64,000 nucleotides of DNA from Comamonadaceae bacterium (GCA_038145425.1 JAYQPP010000015.1:2471-66470), one strand, 5' to 3'; numbered from the stretch's first letter, positions 49,780-59,786 are shown. The notes: generated by a model not told the origin, from the sequence alone. Numbers and translations: made by a program.

Positions 49780-52254
49780 ATGGACCCACAGCCGTCTGTT
49801 GTGCGTTACGGCATCGGCTGGCCACTGCTGGGCTTTGTTGCGGGCAGTGCGGCGCAGCTTGCGCAAAGCGCCTTGTGGTCGAGCGCGGTCTACGCCACAG
49901 TCCTTAGTCTTGCGCTGGCATGTCTGATTTTTGTCAGCGCTCTGATGCGCAGAAGGCGTCTTGCTGCAGCCCTTGTTGCGTTTTCGCTGGGCATCACTTG
50001 TGCACTGGCGGGTTTTGCAGCCACTGGGTGGCGTGCTGCAGCGCAGGCCAGTCAGGCCCTGGCCGCTGCGCTTGAGGGCAAAGACCTGCAGGTGAGCGGT
50101 GTGGTGACCGACATGCCACAGTACCGCCAGACAGGCGTGCGTTTTGGATTTCGTATTGATAAAGCGACGCTGGACGGCCAGGTCGTGTCTGTGCCGCCAG
50201 ATGTCAGTTTGAGCTGGTATTTCGATCGACCTGGGGCGGTCACGACCTCAGGCGGCGAGGCTGATGCCGACGCCGATGCCGCGAACGCAGTCGCAGGTGC
50301 GCAGATTGCGTTTCAACCCGCCCCCGTGCGCGCAGGCGAGCGATGGCAGCTGATGGTACGCCTGCGTGCACCGCACGGCACACTCAATCCCTTTGCTTAT
50401 GACAGTGAGTTGCGTCAGTGGGAGCGGGGTATTCAGGCGGTCGGTTATGTGCGCCGCGGCCCAAAGGATGCGTCGCCCCAAGGGCTGGGGCAGACCTGGC
50501 GTCATCCGGTTGAACTGGCGCGCCAGCAGGTGCGCGAGCGGCTTCATGAACAAGGCCTGGAGCCGCGATCTGGCGGGGTGGTTGCAGCCCTGGTGCTGGG
50601 TGATCAGGCGGCTATTGATCGCATCGACTGGCATGTGTTCAGACAGGCGGGGGTTGCGCACCTGATGAGTATTTCCGGCCTGCACATCACCATGTTTGCC
50701 TGGCTAGCTGTACGTCTGCTGGCATGGGCCTGGCGTCGGTCTGTCTTTTTATGTGGGCTGTGGCCAGCGCCCAGCGCTGCCTTGCTTGGCGGCGTGTTGT
50801 TGGCCGGCGCGTATGCGCTGTTCAGCGGCTGGGAGGTGCCGGCGCAGCGCACTGTGCTGATGCTGGCTGCGATCACGGGTTTGAATGCACTGGCGATTCG
50901 CTGGCCCTGGCCGCAGATCTGGCTCCTGGCCTGTGCTGTGGTGGTGATGATCGACCCCTGGGCTTTGTTGCAGGCAGGCTTCTGGTTGAGCTTTGTAGCT
51001 GTTGGTATTTTGTTTGCCATGGGGCCGCCAGGAGGCGCAAACGCGCAGCAGGGGGTGCTCGAGCGTCTGCGTGCCTTGGTACGCGAGCAAGCGCTAATCG
51101 GGCTGGCTTTGGCACCCCTGTCGCTGCTCTTGTTCGGGCAGTTTTCGATTGTTGGTTTTGTGGCCAATTTGTTTGCAATTCCCTGGGTGACCTTGCTGGT
51201 CACGCCGCTGTCCATGCTGGGTGTGGTGTGGGCCGAAGCCTGGGTCATGGCCTCCGTGACTGTGCAGTGGCTGGTCGCAGCACTTTCCATGGTTGCTGAT
51301 TTGTCCTGGTCGGTCCTGGCGCGCCCGCAGGCACCCCTTGTTCTGGGCGTTCTGGCGGTGCTCGGTGGCGTGGGGGTGGCTTTGCGATTGCCCTGGTCGT
51401 TGCGAGCGCTGAGCCTGGTGACCCTGTTGCCCGTGTTGCTATGGCAGCCAAGCGGTGTGCCTGATGGCGAATTCGAGCTGATCGCGGTCGATATTGGGCA
51501 GGGCAATGCCGTGCTGATTCGCACCAGCCAACACGCTTTGCTCTACGACACGGGGCCAAGCTTCGGTGTGGACCATGACGCGGGCCAGGCCATATTGCTG
51601 CCCCTGTTGCGTGCGATGGCGGTACGACTCGACCGGGTACTGCTCAGTCATCAGGACGCCGACCACACGGGTGGCGCGGCAGCGGTGCTGGTGGCGCATC
51701 CTCAGGCCGAGGCTTTGGGTTCGGTCGATGAGGCACACCCGCTGCAAAGCGTGCGTGCGATTCGAGCCTGCGCCGCGCAGCAGCGCTGGCAATGGGATGG
51801 CGTGGACTTCGAGATTCTTTGGCCGCCCAGCGGCCAGGTGCAAAGTGGTGCAAAACCCAACACCCGCAGTTGTGTGCTGCGCATTGCCAGTTCAAGCGCA
51901 AGCGCTTTGATGACGGGCGATATCGAGCGCAAACAAGAACGCGAGTTGGTTCTGTCCTTGGGTGATGCACTGCGCGCCGACCTCTTGCTGGTGCCACATC
52001 ACGGCAGCAAAACGTCCAGTAGCGACGCGTTTCTGGATCAGGTCACGCCGCAGACCGCCTTGTTGCAGGCGGGTTATCGAAATCGCTATGGGCATCCGGC
52101 CGCTGAAGTCTCGCAGCGCTACGCACAGCGCGGTATCGATGTGCGCAGCACGGTTCAGTGTGGCGCGATCACCTGGCAATCCTGGCGGCCTGAGCTCAGC
52201 ACCTGCCCGCGGGTACAAGCGCCACGCTACTGGCGTCATCAGGTGCCTGATTGA
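49780..52254 (+). CDS. comEC: DNA internalization competence protein ComEC/Rec2
   Basis: OB-fold, HLMSISGLHIT, GFWLSF, DIGQGNA, YDTG, SHQDADHTGG, MTGDIE, VPHHGSKTSS and GYRNRYGHP. Confidence 0.94.
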   Translation: MDPQPSVVRYGIGWPLLGFVAGSAAQLAQSALWSSAVYATVLSLALACLIFVSALMRRRRLAAALVAFSLGITCALAGFAATGWRAAAQASQALAAALEGKDLQVSGVVTDMPQYRQTGVRFGFRIDKATLDGQVVSVPPDVSLSWYFDRPGAVTTSGGEADADADAANAVAGAQIAFQPAPVRAGERWQLMVRLRAPHGTLNPFAYDSELRQWERGIQAVGYVRRGPKDASPQGLGQTWRHPVELARQQVRERLHEQGLEPRSGGVVAALVLGDQAAIDRIDWHVFRQAGVAHLMSISGLHITMFAWLAVRLLAWAWRRSVFLCGLWPAPSAALLGGVLLAGAYALFSGWEVPAQRTVLMLAAITGLNALAIRWPWPQIWLLACAVVVMIDPWALLQAGFWLSFVAVGILFAMGPPGGANAQQGVLERLRALVREQALIGLALAPLSLLLFGQFSIVGFVANLFAIPWVTLLVTPLSMLGVVWAEAWVMASVTVQWLVAALSMVADLSWSVLARPQAPLVLGVLAVLGGVGVALRLPWSLRALSLVTLLPVLLWQPSGVPDGEFELIAVDIGQGNAVLIRTSQHALLYDTGPSFGVDHDAGQAILLPLLRAMAVRLDRVLLSHQDADHTGGAAAVLVAHPQAEALGSVDEAHPLQSVRAIRACAAQQRWQWDGVDFEILWPPSGQVQSGAKPNTRSCVLRIASSSASALMTGDIERKQERELVLSLGDALRADLLLVPHHGSKTSSSDAFLDQVTPQTALLQAGYRNRYGHPAAEVSQRYAQRGIDVRSTVQCGAITWQSWRPELSTCPRVQAPRYWRHQVPD

Positions 52255-52314
52255 ACGACGGCGGGGCCTGGCGCATGGGGGCTGTTGACGGCCTTTGTTG
52301 TCGCGCGGCAAGGC

Positions 52315-53478
52315 CTAGCGGTTGGGTCCGGCTTCGACGACCGCCTTGATGGCGAGTCCCAACTCAATCACCGCCATCGCGTAGTAGCTGCTCCAGTTGT
52401 AGCGCGTGATGACGTAAAAGTTTTCCGTGCCAGCGACATAGCTGGGTGGATCATCGCCGTTGAAGAGTTCAATCAATGCCCATTTACCCGGGTAATTTTT
52501 TGCGACCTCGTCATCGATGCGCACGCCAAGCTGGCGAAACTGCGCCCAGGTGAAGGTTGGCAGGATGTCGGGGGCCAGCAGGGTGGTTTTATCCAGGCTG
52601 GTCGAATCCAAACGCATGTCGAAATGGGTGGGTTGCTGGTTTTGCCAGCCATAGGCCTTCAGGTAGTTGGCTACAGAGCCGATGGCATCGGCCGGGCTTT
52701 CCCACAGGTCAACATCGGAATCGTTATCGAAGCTGACCGCGTGCTTGAGCCAGCTGCTGGGCATGAATTGCGCCAGTCCCATGGCGCCGGCATAGCTTCC
52801 ACGCAGCGACAGCGGATCGCGATTGAGCTGTTTGGCTAGCTTTAAGAAATAAGCAAGCTCGGAGAAAAAATAGTCGCTGCGCTGCTGCGCACGCGGGTGG
52901 CTTGCCGGAAAGTCGAAGGCCAGGGTGGCCAGGGCATCGATGATTCTGTGCTTGCCCGTGTGCCGGCCATAAAGCGTCTCGACGCCAATAATGCCCACGA
53001 TGATCTCGGCAGGCACGCCATAAACCGTTTCAGCGCGTTCCAGTGCTTGCCGGTGCTCGCGCCAGAACTGCACTCCGGCGCCGATGCGCTGCGGCTCAAC
53101 AAAGCGTTCCCGATAGGCCGCCCAGTTCTTGGCCACCCCAACAGGCGCTGGCTCCACCGCTTTGGCGATGGCTGGCACGAAGCTCGCCTGCGACAAAATC
53201 TTCTGCACCCACTTGGCGTCGAGTTCCTGCAGGGATGCCAGTCGCCGGGCCACGGCAGCGGTGTCGATCCGCCGGGCGTAGCTGCCAGCACTCGGCGCCG
53301 AAGGTTTACTTGTGGGCTTTGAGGCCTTGGGCGGCGCTTGCTTGGCCACCTTCGGCCGCGTTGCGCTTGGCTTGGCCTCTTGTGCGCTGGCCGGCACGCT
53401 GCCCAATGTGCCCATGACACATGCGAGCGCTGCGACGACGGGTGCAAAAGGTATCAGGGCCATAGGGAGCGGATTCAA
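52315..53478 (-). CDS. mltB: Lytic murein transglycosylase B
   Basis: YGVPAEIIVGIIGVETLYG, DALATLAF, GSYAGAMGLAQFMPSS, DAIGSVANYL and ITRYNWSSYYAMAV. Confidence 0.93.
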   Translation of the reverse strand: MNPLPMALIPFAPVVAALACVMGTLGSVPASAQEAKPSATRPKVAKQAPPKASKPTSKPSAPSAGSYARRIDTAAVARRLASLQELDAKWVQKILSQASFVPAIAKAVEPAPVGVAKNWAAYRERFVEPQRIGAGVQFWREHRQALERAETVYGVPAEIIVGIIGVETLYGRHTGKHRIIDALATLAFDFPASHPRAQQRSDYFFSELAYFLKLAKQLNRDPLSLRGSYAGAMGLAQFMPSSWLKHAVSFDNDSDVDLWESPADAIGSVANYLKAYGWQNQQPTHFDMRLDSTSLDKTTLLAPDILPTFTWAQFRQLGVRIDDEVAKNYPGKWALIELFNGDDPPSYVAGTENFYVITRYNWSSYYAMAVIELGLAIKAVVEAGPNR

Positions 53479-55538
53479 TCAGCTGGACGGCGTAGAGCGG
53501 GCAAGTGGCCAAGCTGTCGGCGAAGTGTAGCCAAGGCCTTTGGATCAAGCGCGTGCGCTGGGTGTGGCAAGGCTGCGTAGCGCAGCTGCTCCAGTGCGTC
53601 CAGCCATTGCAGCCATTCGCGCGTGGGCCCCAGCTGTGCGCCAGGTCTGTGCTGCGCCAACTCAATGATCCGGGCCAGCTCTCTGGGTGTGGCGTTGGCC
53701 TTGATGGCCTCCGGGCTCAGAACCTGAATGCGCTTGCGCGCCTGATCAAGCAGTCTGAGCCAGGGTTGGCGGGCCCGCACTTGCCAGCCGCTCAGCGCTG
53801 CTGCGACCAAGCTGATCAACACCACCAGTGTGCTCAGCAGGACGACCAGGTCTTCCCAGCTGGGCGAAGCCACACCCAGGCGCAGCAGGAGCTCGAGCTG
53901 GTTGGCCTGCTCGTAATTGAGTACCCACTCGTTCCAGCGGTTATTGATCGCATCCCAATACGAGCGCAATTGCCAGACCAGCGCCGGACTGATGCGGCCC
54001 AGAATCGCAGTGGCGACATCGGGTGTCGAACCCGCCGGCCGCTGCAGGCTGCTGATACGCTGCGGTGCGACGGCACTGGTGGGGTCGACGCGCTGCCAGC
54101 CCCGGTCAGCCAGCCAGACTTCGGCCCAGGCATGCGCATCGCTTTGGCGCACAGTCCAGAAATCGTCGATTGGGTTTTTCTCCGCACCCTGGTAGCCTGT
54201 GACGATACGAGCTGGCACGCCAAGCATGCGCATCAAAACCACGAAGCTGGAGGCGATGTGCTCGCAAAAGCCGGCTTTGCGGTCAAACCAGAACTCGTCG
54301 GCAACATGTTCGCCGAAAACGCCTGGCTCCAAGGTGTAGCGGTAGTTACCCTCGCGCAAGTGCTGCAAAGCCGTGCTGACCCAGTAGCGTGCGGTCTCGG
54401 TTTGTGCGACTTGCTGCAACGCGGCGGGTGCTTGTCGGATCAGGTCCTGGGCCCATTGCCGGGTGCGTGGGTTGCCTGTGGGTGGCAGGGCCAGGTAGCG
54501 CGCTCTCGCCGCGCCTGAGAGGCTCTGACCATAGCGATAGCTGGTGTAAGCCTGGGCCCGGTAGCGGGTGACGGTTTGCACGCCCGCAGGCTTGAGCCAT
54601 TGCAAGTCGGCCCCGCGCCTGATGCGCGTGCCAGCCAGAGTTGGTGGCTCGACAGTTGCTTCCATGCTCAGCAGCCAGGCTTGCTGATGCGGTTGTAGTG
54701 TCAACTCGTAGCCCAGCGGCGCCCCTTCGGTCTCAACGATGCCCGGGCTCAGAACAGGCATGCCCGAGGGCGCCCGCCATTGGCGCCCATCAAACTCGGA
54801 GAGCACCGGGCCGCGGAAATACAGTTGACTAGTGGGCGGCGCCGGCCCGTCAAAGCGAACACGCAATGCCACGCTCGGATCCAGCGCAAGCGAGGCCACA
54901 CTGCCGACTTCCATGCTTGCCGAGAGCCCGCTTTTGGCGCTGATGGTTTGGTTGGGCAGTCCCCAAAGTGGCGCGATTCTCGGAAAAAACAGGAACAGCG
55001 TCAGCATCACAGGCGTGCCCAGTACCATCATCCGCAGGGCTTGTCGAGCAGACTGCCACAGTGGTGCCGGGCCGGTCATCGTGTGGGCATTGACCAGGGC
55101 AGTCAGCAAGCCCAGAAGGCCTATCAACATGCCTACGGCGCCCAGCAGGGATTGAGCGTAAAAAAATCGGGTCAGCATCAGAAAGAAGCTGAGAAAAAAC
55201 ACCACGAACGCGTCGCGTCGCGCCCGCAATTCGAGCGTTTTCAGGGCCAGCAGCACGACGATCAGGGTGACGCCTGCGTCACGCCCGAACACGGTTCGAA
55301 AGCTCATCAGTGTCGCCACCACTGATACAGCTACCAGAGCCAGTAACCACCAGCGCGAAGGCAGTGGCTGTGCGCGCCAGGCCAGCAGCGCACGCCAGAG
55401 CATCAAAGCCACACTGAGCACGCCACACCACCAGGGTAGTTCGTCGTACATGGGTATGACCACCCAGGCCACCACCAAGAGCATGAACAGCGTGTCGCGT
55501 GTCTCACGCGGCAAGGCTGCGCGCGACAAGCGCCTCAT
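53475..55538 (-). CDS. tgpA: TgpA-like transglutaminase (DUF3488 + TGase + DUF4129)
   Basis: GRDAGV, LKTLE, YFRGPVL, GFCEHIASSF (catalytic Cys), RIVTGYQG, AHAWAEVW and DPT. ATGA overlap with the DUF58 stop. Confidence 0.9.
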   Translation of the reverse strand: MRRLSRAALPRETRDTLFMLLVVAWVVIPMYDELPWWCGVLSVALMLWRALLAWRAQPLPSRWWLLALVAVSVVATLMSFRTVFGRDAGVTLIVVLLALKTLELRARRDAFVVFFLSFFLMLTRFFYAQSLLGAVGMLIGLLGLLTALVNAHTMTGPAPLWQSARQALRMMVLGTPVMLTLFLFFPRIAPLWGLPNQTISAKSGLSASMEVGSVASLALDPSVALRVRFDGPAPPTSQLYFRGPVLSEFDGRQWRAPSGMPVLSPGIVETEGAPLGYELTLQPHQQAWLLSMEATVEPPTLAGTRIRRGADLQWLKPAGVQTVTRYRAQAYTSYRYGQSLSGAARARYLALPPTGNPRTRQWAQDLIRQAPAALQQVAQTETARYWVSTALQHLREGNYRYTLEPGVFGEHVADEFWFDRKAGFCEHIASSFVVLMRMLGVPARIVTGYQGAEKNPIDDFWTVRQSDAHAWAEVWLADRGWQRVDPTSAVAPQRISSLQRPAGSTPDVATAILGRISPALVWQLRSYWDAINNRWNEWVLNYEQANQLELLLRLGVASPSWEDLVVLLSTLVVLISLVAAALSGWQVRARQPWLRLLDQARKRIQVLSPEAIKANATPRELARIIELAQHRPGAQLGPTREWLQWLDALEQLRYAALPHPAHALDPKALATLRRQLGHLPALRRPAD

Positions 55539-56494
55539 GCGGTAGCCAGTGCCTGCAGGCACCTGTGCATATGCGCCTCGCCGCTGGACGGCTCAATGAC
55601 CTGGGAGGGTAAGCGCAGGCCGTAGCGCAGCCCTTGTGCCTGCGCCCGCAATACCCAGGCACACAAGCGAGACAGCTGCGCTTCGAGCCCGACCAAGCCG
55701 GTCGCGGCCGGACTGAGCCACAGGCTGCTGTCTTGCCTCGATTCAAAGTCACGGCTGATGAGTTCGCCGGTTCGTGCCACTTTTTTCCAGGCCATGTTTT
55801 TCAGCGGATCACCTGGGCGATAGGGCCGCAAGGTGTCAGGCTCTCCACTGGGTGCGCGCACCGTCAAAGCTTCTGCAGCCGGCGTCGCACCTGGCGTATG
55901 GGGTAATGGTGGCGCTTTGTCTTCTGCCCTGGGGTAGACCCAAATTTTTTGGGCGGGACGCCATAGCGCCCACACGCGAAAACAGCCCAGGGGATACAAA
56001 GTGTGCAGCACCACGGTTGGCAAGCTCTGGCGTCCGCGCTCGCGCGTACGCAGTTGCAAGTGGAGCAGGCGTTGCGACTGGCGATCCAGGTCGGTCCAGG
56101 CCTGCCCCGATAGGGCGCGCCAGTTCAGCCCGATGGAAAAGCGTGCACGTGCGCTGGGGTTGTTCAGACGGATACCGATGGCGACGGTGTCGCCCGCGTG
56201 TACCGGATCGGCTGCCATCATCTGCGCATGCAGTCCCCGCAGGGTGCCGTGCCCCATGTGCATGGCCACCAGCGCACTGCCGGCAATCATGAAGGTCAGC
56301 ACGTAGCCGAGATTGAGTTGGTAATTGATCGAGGACACCAGCAACAGCAATAGCGTGGCGCCAAGCATCAGGCCTGCTTTGGTGGGAACGATGTAGACGT
56401 TGCGCTGACCTAGCTCGATATGGTCCTGAACCGGCAGACGCGCCAGCCACCACGACCGGATGCGCGCAGCAGGCCAGGCCATGGCGGCGATCAA
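55535..56494 (-). CDS. DUF58 domain protein
   Basis: RNVYIVPT, SINYQLNLGY, YPLGCFR, LRPYRPGD, AWKKVAR and HRCLQALA. Lies between moxR and tgpA. Confidence 0.88.
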   Translation of the reverse strand: MIAAMAWPAARIRSWWLARLPVQDHIELGQRNVYIVPTKAGLMLGATLLLLLVSSINYQLNLGYVLTFMIAGSALVAMHMGHGTLRGLHAQMMAADPVHAGDTVAIGIRLNNPSARARFSIGLNWRALSGQAWTDLDRQSQRLLHLQLRTRERGRQSLPTVVLHTLYPLGCFRVWALWRPAQKIWVYPRAEDKAPPLPHTPGATPAAEALTVRAPSGEPDTLRPYRPGDPLKNMAWKKVARTGELISRDFESRQDSSLWLSPAATGLVGLEAQLSRLCAWVLRAQAQGLRYGLRLPSQVIEPSSGEAHMHRCLQALATA

Positions 56495-57411
56495 GGCAAT
56501 GCAACCGCCTCAAGCATGGCTTGCACCTGCTCGTGGGCGCCAAGGCTGGCTTCGCGCTGTGGTGTCAGGCGGTGCGCGACGGTTTGCGGCAGGATGGCGC
56601 GCACATCGTCTGGCGCGACATAAGTTCTGCCGTGGAGAAAAGCATGGGCTCGGGCTACCCGCAACACCGCCAGGCCGGCACGAGGACTCAACCCCTGCAC
56701 AAACCACTGGCCGCTGCGTGTGGCATCCACCAGGTCCTGGATGTAGTCCAGCAGCGCGTCGGCTGCATGCACTGCTTGAATCTGCTGCTGCACCGCGGCG
56801 AGCGCATCTTCATCAAGCAGCGGCTCCATTCGGTCGATCATCGATCGCCGGTCGCTGCCGACCAGCAGTTCGCGTTCGGAAGCCCGATCGGGGTACCCCA
56901 GGGCAATGCGCATGAGAAAGCGATCCAGCTGGGACTCAGGCAGGGCGTGTGTGCCTTGTTGCTCATAGGGGTTTTGCGTGGCGATCACAAAAAAAGGCTG
57001 GGGCAGGGCGCGGGTATGGCCCTCGACCGTGACCTGGCGCTCTTCCATGGCTTCTAGCAAGGCACTTTGTGCTTTGGGGCTTGCGCGGTTGATCTCGTCG
57101 GCCAGAAGAACCTGCGTGAACAAAGGTCCCGGGTGAAAGTTGAATTGCGCGCGCTGCCGATCAAAAATCGACACACCCAGCAGGTCGCTGGGCATCAGGT
57201 CACTGGTGAACTGCATGCGCCTGAACTGCAAGCCGAAGGAGCGCGCCAGCGCGTGTGCCAGCGTGGTTTTTCCAACGCCTGGCACGTCCTCAATCAGCAG
57301 ATGGCCGCCTGCCAGCAAACAGGTCACGCTGTCGAGGATCTGTGCTGGCTTACCGACAATCACCTGGTTGAGGCGAGTCAGTAAGTCCTGTATCTGTTGA
57401 TGGGTCGTCAT
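56491..57411 (-). CDS. moxR: MoxR family AAA+ ATPase
   Basis: GHLLIEDVPGVGKTT, QFTSDLMPSD, LADEINRASPKAQSALLEAMEE, ATQNP, LPESQLDRF and SPRA. Confidence 0.95.
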   Translation of the reverse strand: MTTHQQIQDLLTRLNQVIVGKPAQILDSVTCLLAGGHLLIEDVPGVGKTTLAHALARSFGLQFRRMQFTSDLMPSDLLGVSIFDRQRAQFNFHPGPLFTQVLLADEINRASPKAQSALLEAMEERQVTVEGHTRALPQPFFVIATQNPYEQQGTHALPESQLDRFLMRIALGYPDRASERELLVGSDRRSMIDRMEPLLDEDALAAVQQQIQAVHAADALLDYIQDLVDATRSGQWFVQGLSPRAGLAVLRVARAHAFLHGRTYVAPDDVRAILPQTVAHRLTPQREASLGAHEQVQAMLEAVALP

Positions 57412-57456
57412 CTGATAACCTTAGCAAACATTTCAATCATCACGCTCTCACACATG

Positions 57457-57589
57457 GCAATGCCCGTTAAATTCACCATCCCACGGGCCAGCCGTCGTCC
57501 GATCATGCCAGAGTGTGCCCAGTACACCGTCAAAGTCTGGCAAGCGCGACGGACGACTGTGGCGGGTGGCCGTGGTTCGACGCCATTGC
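57457..57589. ncRNA. Candidate structured RNA or DNA element (long irregular hairpin), unidentified
   Basis: Nested helices in correct order: GCAATG/CATTGC, CGTT/GACG, CCACGG/CCGTGG, CCA/TGG, GCC/GGC, GTCGTCCG/CGGACGAC, TGCCAGA/TCTGGCA, GTGT/ACAC. Confidence 0.4.
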
Positions 57590-57620
57590 ATCGGCGTTCA
57601 GGCTTGAGGGGCTTTGAATC

Positions 57621-58883
57621 ATGGTAAACGAATGGTTTTCACAAGCTCTGGTGTGGATCACGCCGCTTTTTAGTGCGGATGCAGCTCGGGAAATGCTGGT
57701 CTTTCTGGGTTGCGGTTTGGTGGCCTGGATCTTGACGCAAGCCCTGTCGCGGGCCGCGCAGTGGGTTGGTCACAACTCCGTGTTATTCGGTGATCGCCTG
57801 CTCGATGGCCTGCTGTGGCCCTTGATCTGGCTGGCGCTGGGCTTTGTGAGCAAGCTCTGGCTTGCCAGCTGGTCAACCCTGTTTTTGTACAAGTTGCTGC
57901 TGCCTGTGCTGATTGTGGTGGTGGTGGTTCGCCTGAGCGGCAAGGTATTGCAGCTGACCTTTAAGAAGCAGGCGGCAGCCAAAACGCTTGGGCGGGTGGT
58001 TGCCTGGTTGGCCTGGATCACTTTGTTCCTCTGGATCACGGGCTGGTTGCCCCGAGTCTTGCAAGAACTTGAGGGGATCAGTTGGTCGGTTGGCGGGACC
58101 GATTTGACGCTGCTGAAGCTGATTGAAGGCTCAATCACCTCGGCCTTGGTCTTGCTGCTGGCGCTGTGGCTGTCAGCGGCGGTGGAGGCGCGCTTGATGC
58201 GATCCGGCAGCCGGGGGGAATTGAGTTGGCGCATTGCCCTGAGCAATGCCACCCGCGCCTTTTTGCTTTTTATTGGCGTGCTCGTTGCCTTGTCGGCAGT
58301 GGGCATTGACCTGACCGCGCTGTCGGTCCTCGGTGGTGCCTTGGGCGTCGGTATTGGATTTGGCTTGCAGCGGGTGGCTGCCAACTATGTGTCGGGCTTC
58401 GTGATTCTGGCCGAAGGCAGTGTGCGCATTGGCGATACCGTGCAGGTCGATAACTTCACTGGCGTGATCACCAGCATTCGGGCGCGTCACACGGTCATCC
58501 GGTCACTGGCCGGCCATGAGTCGATCGTGCCCAATGAGTTGTTGATTACCAACCGGGTCGAAAACCTGTCGCTGGCGGACGCCAAGGTCTGGCTGTCGAC
58601 GCGGGTACAGGTGTCTTACGATGCCGATGTTGAGAAGGTCATGGCCTTGCTCAGCGAGGCGGCGCTCAAGCCGCCACGGGTGCTGCGCGATCCGGCGCCA
58701 GGCATCCAACTCTCTCGCTTTGCCGATGACGGGCTCGAATTCACGGTTGGCTTTTGGATCACTGACCCCGAAAACGGCACGGGCAATGTGATTTCAGCGG
58801 TCAACCTGGAGATTTTGCGACTGCTGCGCGAGCACCAGATCGTGATTCCTTATCCGCAGCGGGTGCTCCACCAGGCGCCCTGA
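57621..58883 (+). CDS. MscS family mechanosensitive channel (long N-terminal membrane region)
   Basis: GIDLTALSVLGGALGVGIGFGLQ, NYVSGF, RIGDTVQVD, ESIVPNE, VSYDADV and IVIPYPQRV. Confidence 0.92.
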   Translation: MVNEWFSQALVWITPLFSADAAREMLVFLGCGLVAWILTQALSRAAQWVGHNSVLFGDRLLDGLLWPLIWLALGFVSKLWLASWSTLFLYKLLLPVLIVVVVVRLSGKVLQLTFKKQAAAKTLGRVVAWLAWITLFLWITGWLPRVLQELEGISWSVGGTDLTLLKLIEGSITSALVLLLALWLSAAVEARLMRSGSRGELSWRIALSNATRAFLLFIGVLVALSAVGIDLTALSVLGGALGVGIGFGLQRVAANYVSGFVILAEGSVRIGDTVQVDNFTGVITSIRARHTVIRSLAGHESIVPNELLITNRVENLSLADAKVWLSTRVQVSYDADVEKVMALLSEAALKPPRVLRDPAPGIQLSRFADDGLEFTVGFWITDPENGTGNVISAVNLEILRLLREHQIVIPYPQRVLHQAP

Positions 58884-59030
58884 GGCCGACGCCTGGTCCG
58901 CTGGCGAGCGTCTGCTCAGACAGCGGCGGTTAAAATTGGTGGCATGCGGGTTGCGCTGGTCGCAGCGGGCGGCAACCGAGCCGCCGCGGACGCCCGCCTG
59001 TCTTTTCAAGAAACCAAGCAGGGGTAGCTG

Positions 59031-59786
59031 ATGAAAGCAATGGTCGCTGTCAAGCGCGTCGTGGATTACAACGTCAAGGTTCGGGTCAAGTCAGACAACA
59101 GTGCTGTGGATACAGCCAATGTCAAGATGAGCATGAATCCGTTTGATGAGATCGCGATCGAAGAAGCGGTCCGGCTGAAAGAAAAAGGTATGGTCACTGA
59201 AATTGTGGCGGTCTCCTGCGGCGTCAGCCAGTGTCAGGAAACCCTGCGCACAGCCATGGCCATCGGCGCAGACCGTGCCATCCTGGTTGAAAGCCAGGAA
59301 GAACTTCAGCCGCTGGCGGTGGCCAAGTTGTTGAAAGCACTGGCTGACAAAGAGCAACCGGGTCTGGTGCTGATGGGCAAGCAGGCTATTGATGATGACT
59401 GCAACCAGACCGGGCAGATGCTGGCGGCCCTGGCTGACTGGCCGCAGGTCACCTGCGCCAGCAAAATTGAAGTCAATGCATCAGACAACAAAGCCACTGT
59501 GACACGCGAGGTCGACGGTGGCCTTGAGACCCTGAGTGTGAACCTGCCGGGGGTGCTCACCTCTGACCTACGGCTTAATGAGCCCCGCTATGTCACATTG
59601 CCCAACATCATGAAGGCCAAGAAAAAGCAGCTTGACGTGATGAAGCCCGAGGATCTGGGCGTGGATGTCACGCCACGCATCAAGACCTTGCGGGTGGACG
59701 ATCCGCCCAAGCGGGCCGCTGGCGTCAAAGTAGCTGATGTGGCAGCTTTGGTCGATAAGCTGAAAAACGAAGCCAAGGTAATTTGA
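59031..59786 (+). CDS. etfB: Electron transfer flavoprotein beta subunit
   Basis: [41 protein letters not shown] and [18 protein letters not shown]. Confidence 0.97.
   Translation: MKAMVAVKRVVDYNVKVRVKSDNSAVDTANVKMSMNPFDEIAIEEAVRLKEKGMVTEIVAVSCGVSQCQETLRTAMAIGADRAILVESQEELQPLAVAKLLKALADKEQPGLVLMGKQAIDDDCNQTGQMLAALADWPQVTCASKIEVNASDNKATVTREVDGGLETLSVNLPGVLTSDLRLNEPRYVTLPNIMKAKKKQLDVMKPEDLGVDVTPRIKTLRVDDPPKRAAGVKVADVAALVDKLKNEAKVI

Noticed and set aside
57457-57589. Identification of the hairpin as 6S, SRP or a known riboswitch
   Set aside because: It lacks the SRP CAGG/GGAA/AGCA motif and the symmetric large central bubble of 6S, and I recognised no riboswitch consensus. It is left unidentified.
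57397-57627. 76-aa ORF spanning the moxR-mscS spacer, or a remnant of a lost histone-deacetylase-like gene
   Set aside because: It overlaps both flanking starts and has no clear RBS or motif. Only a few-residue resemblance (WRVAVV) to deacetylases was seen, which is insufficient.
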